DNA from: Centroscyllium fabricii
Taxonomy: Eukaryota
Assembly: GCA_051313645.2 (NCBI GenBank)
Contig: JBNRSN020000007.1
Location: 261,516,001-261,580,000 of the forward strand
DNA length: 64,000 nucleotides
Direction of reading: 5' to 3'
The first letter of the stretch is position 1; each line of letters starts with the position of its first letter. Positions 62,187 to 64,000 of this stretch are shown here, piece by piece. Under the pieces are notes generated by a model that was not told where the DNA came from, made no database searches, and was given only the letters and a program-made list of their open reading frames with translations. The position numbers were made by a program, and so were the translations under genes.

Positions 62187-62865
62187 GGTGGCACGGTGGC
62201 CCAGTGGTTAGCACTGTTGTCTCACAGCACTGGAGACCCGGGTTCAAATCCAGCCTCGGGTGACTATCTGTGTGGAGTTTGCACATTCTCCCCGTGTCTG
62301 CGTGGGTTTCCTCCAGGTGCTCCGGTTTCCTCCCTATGGTAATCATATTACCATTGTATATAGTTGGGTTACACCACAGACCAGCATGTATAGTGGCTGG
62401 GTGTACTGTATATGGTACTGTATAAGAACACTGTCGTGAGGTCAGGTCAGCCACACCTCTAACTCCTCCCCTCAGGTGAGAGCCTTATAGGTGAGGTCTG
62501 CCCTGCCCCCATTCATTCTGTACTCGATGTTCAACTGGAGACTAGCTCCATCTTTAAGTTATTAAAAGCCTATAGTTAAGGTAACTACTCGTCTTTGTCT
62601 TATTGACGATACGTCACTCCCACAGTCCAAAGATGTGTGGGTTAGGTTGATTGGCCATGATAAATTGACCCTTAGTGTTCGGGGGATTGAATATGTGGGG
62701 TTACGGGGATAGGGTGGGCTATGTGTCGGTGCAGGCTCGATAGGGATATGGGGAGAGGGCAGGGGCGGGATACTGGGTTTGGATGATCAGCCATGATCTC
62801 ATTGAATGGCGGAGCAGGCTCGAGGGGCCGAATGGCCTACTCCTGCTCCTAGTTTCTATGTTTCT
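62187..62865 (+). mobile_element. HE1-like V-SINE interrupted by a solo LTR
   Basis: V-domain broken at CTCCC and resuming at 62617. Confidence 0.9.
62335..62616 (+). mobile_element. Solo LTR (282 bp)
   Basis: TATGGTAA...ACGTCA, 5-bp TSD CTCCC; ATTAAAAGCCT resembles the 34.7 kb LTR. Confidence 0.82.
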
Positions 62866-63427
62866 AAGCAAATCTTTGCAGCACTGTTATAAATGAGGCA
62901 TATAAGGGAACCACAACACACAAAATCAGGTTCTGCATCCTGAATTCAAATGCTAGATTTTCCAACAGAAGGCTCTGTAAACCAAGTATACCAAGCATTG
63001 GGAAACTAGGCTTGACAAGGTTCATATTTGCATTTGTCTTGGGAACAAATGACCTCCCCCCACCCCGGTTAAATGATTGTTTCTTTTTAACCATTGGTCA
63101 CAATTTGCATTGCAGCGATTTTGTTGAAATTCAAACAGCCCTGTGCGAGTATTTTGCATCAGGCGTTGGCATTTGGAGAATAGACAAGCAGCGGGGAAGA
63201 AACGAAAGAAAGGCAAATCAATACGAATACAAACGTTAACTTGTAAATCATCACTATTGTGGGTACAAAGGGATACTGTGATTCCATAGCGTAGTAACAA
63301 CGATCAGAAAGTATGTTTTAAAACAGTAGAAAATGAAAACTAAAATTTACATGGAATTGTTTAAAAAGGAGCAATTTAATCCCAATTTAAGATTTTCTGA
63401 TAAACCAGCTGTAAAACCAACCAGGTA

Positions 63428-63933
63428 CAGGTTGAGCACCGTTAATCCGGACACCGTTTGTCCGGCAACTTCAAACGTCCGGCACGAATCTGGCCGACTG
63501 GTGCGCGCATGCGCAAAATGGCCGCCGCGCGTGTCTACGCATGCCCAGGCCTCTGCCCGACTGGTGGTCTCTTCCTACAGCCCCGAGCTGAGCCGAGCCG
63601 AGCGGCCAATGTGCCCCAGCGCCTCTCTCGCTCTCTGTCCTCAGGCTACGAGGCACCTGTGGCGCAGCTCTTCCAGGCCTCTGCCCTGGGCACCTGGTGT
63701 TGTGTGACTTTGTGCATTAGGCCTCTGCCCGATTGCCCTGCGCAAAATGGCCACCACGCGTGGCTGCGCATGCCCAGGCCTCTCGGCGAGCGCATGCGCA
63801 GACCATTCAAAATTTTGCGGCGGCCATTTTGAATGGTCTGCTCATGCGCTCGCCGAACTTCAATCATCCGGAGTTTTAAAAAATTCGGCACGGATCTGGT
63901 CCCGACCGTGCAGAATTAACGGTGCTCAACCTT
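63428..63933. mobile_element. Tigger-like MITE family A (reverse orientation) with mosaic cargo
   Basis: Left TIR with TA; right TIR ATTAACGGTGCTCAACCT; unique centre ~63555-63720. Confidence 0.87.
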
Positions 63934-64000
63934 CTGTTACTGGGAGGCTAGGGGGCAAGGAAATCACTTCGAGAAAGAAAGACTTGCATTTATATAGCAC

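Noticed and set aside
48356-64000. Upstream TGIF homeobox exon (RRGNLPKE..WL..H..NAYP)
   Set aside because: Not found; presumably beyond the window end

Overview
Vertebrate genomic DNA, almost certainly a cartilaginous fish (shark-type HE1-like V-SINEs sharing tails with CR1/HER1-like LINEs). Two host genes lie tail-to-tail: the last six coding exons of DLGAP4/SAPAP4 on + (2002..23605, final intron GC-AG, probable ~5 kb 3'UTR) and the terminal exon of a TGIF-family TALE homeobox gene on - (47831..48355; TGIF2 by linkage, TGIF1-like in sequence; upstream coding exons not found in the window). The rest is nested transposons. Two systems stand out. (1) About 10 copies of a TA-flanked Tigger/pogo-like non-autonomous element with conserved arms full of GCGCATGCGC (NRF1-type) and AAAATGGCCGCC (YY1-type) motifs, while the centres carry mostly unrelated GC-rich cargo that resembles host promoter/exon fragments (Pack-TIR-like). 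(2) Two families of Penelope-like terminal repeats carrying covarying minimal hammerhead-ribozyme folds, often inserted as palindromes with 13-14 bp target duplications; one forms a ~160-bp hairpin in the putative DLGAP4 3'UTR. All family names and coordinates were assigned by eye, with no database search.
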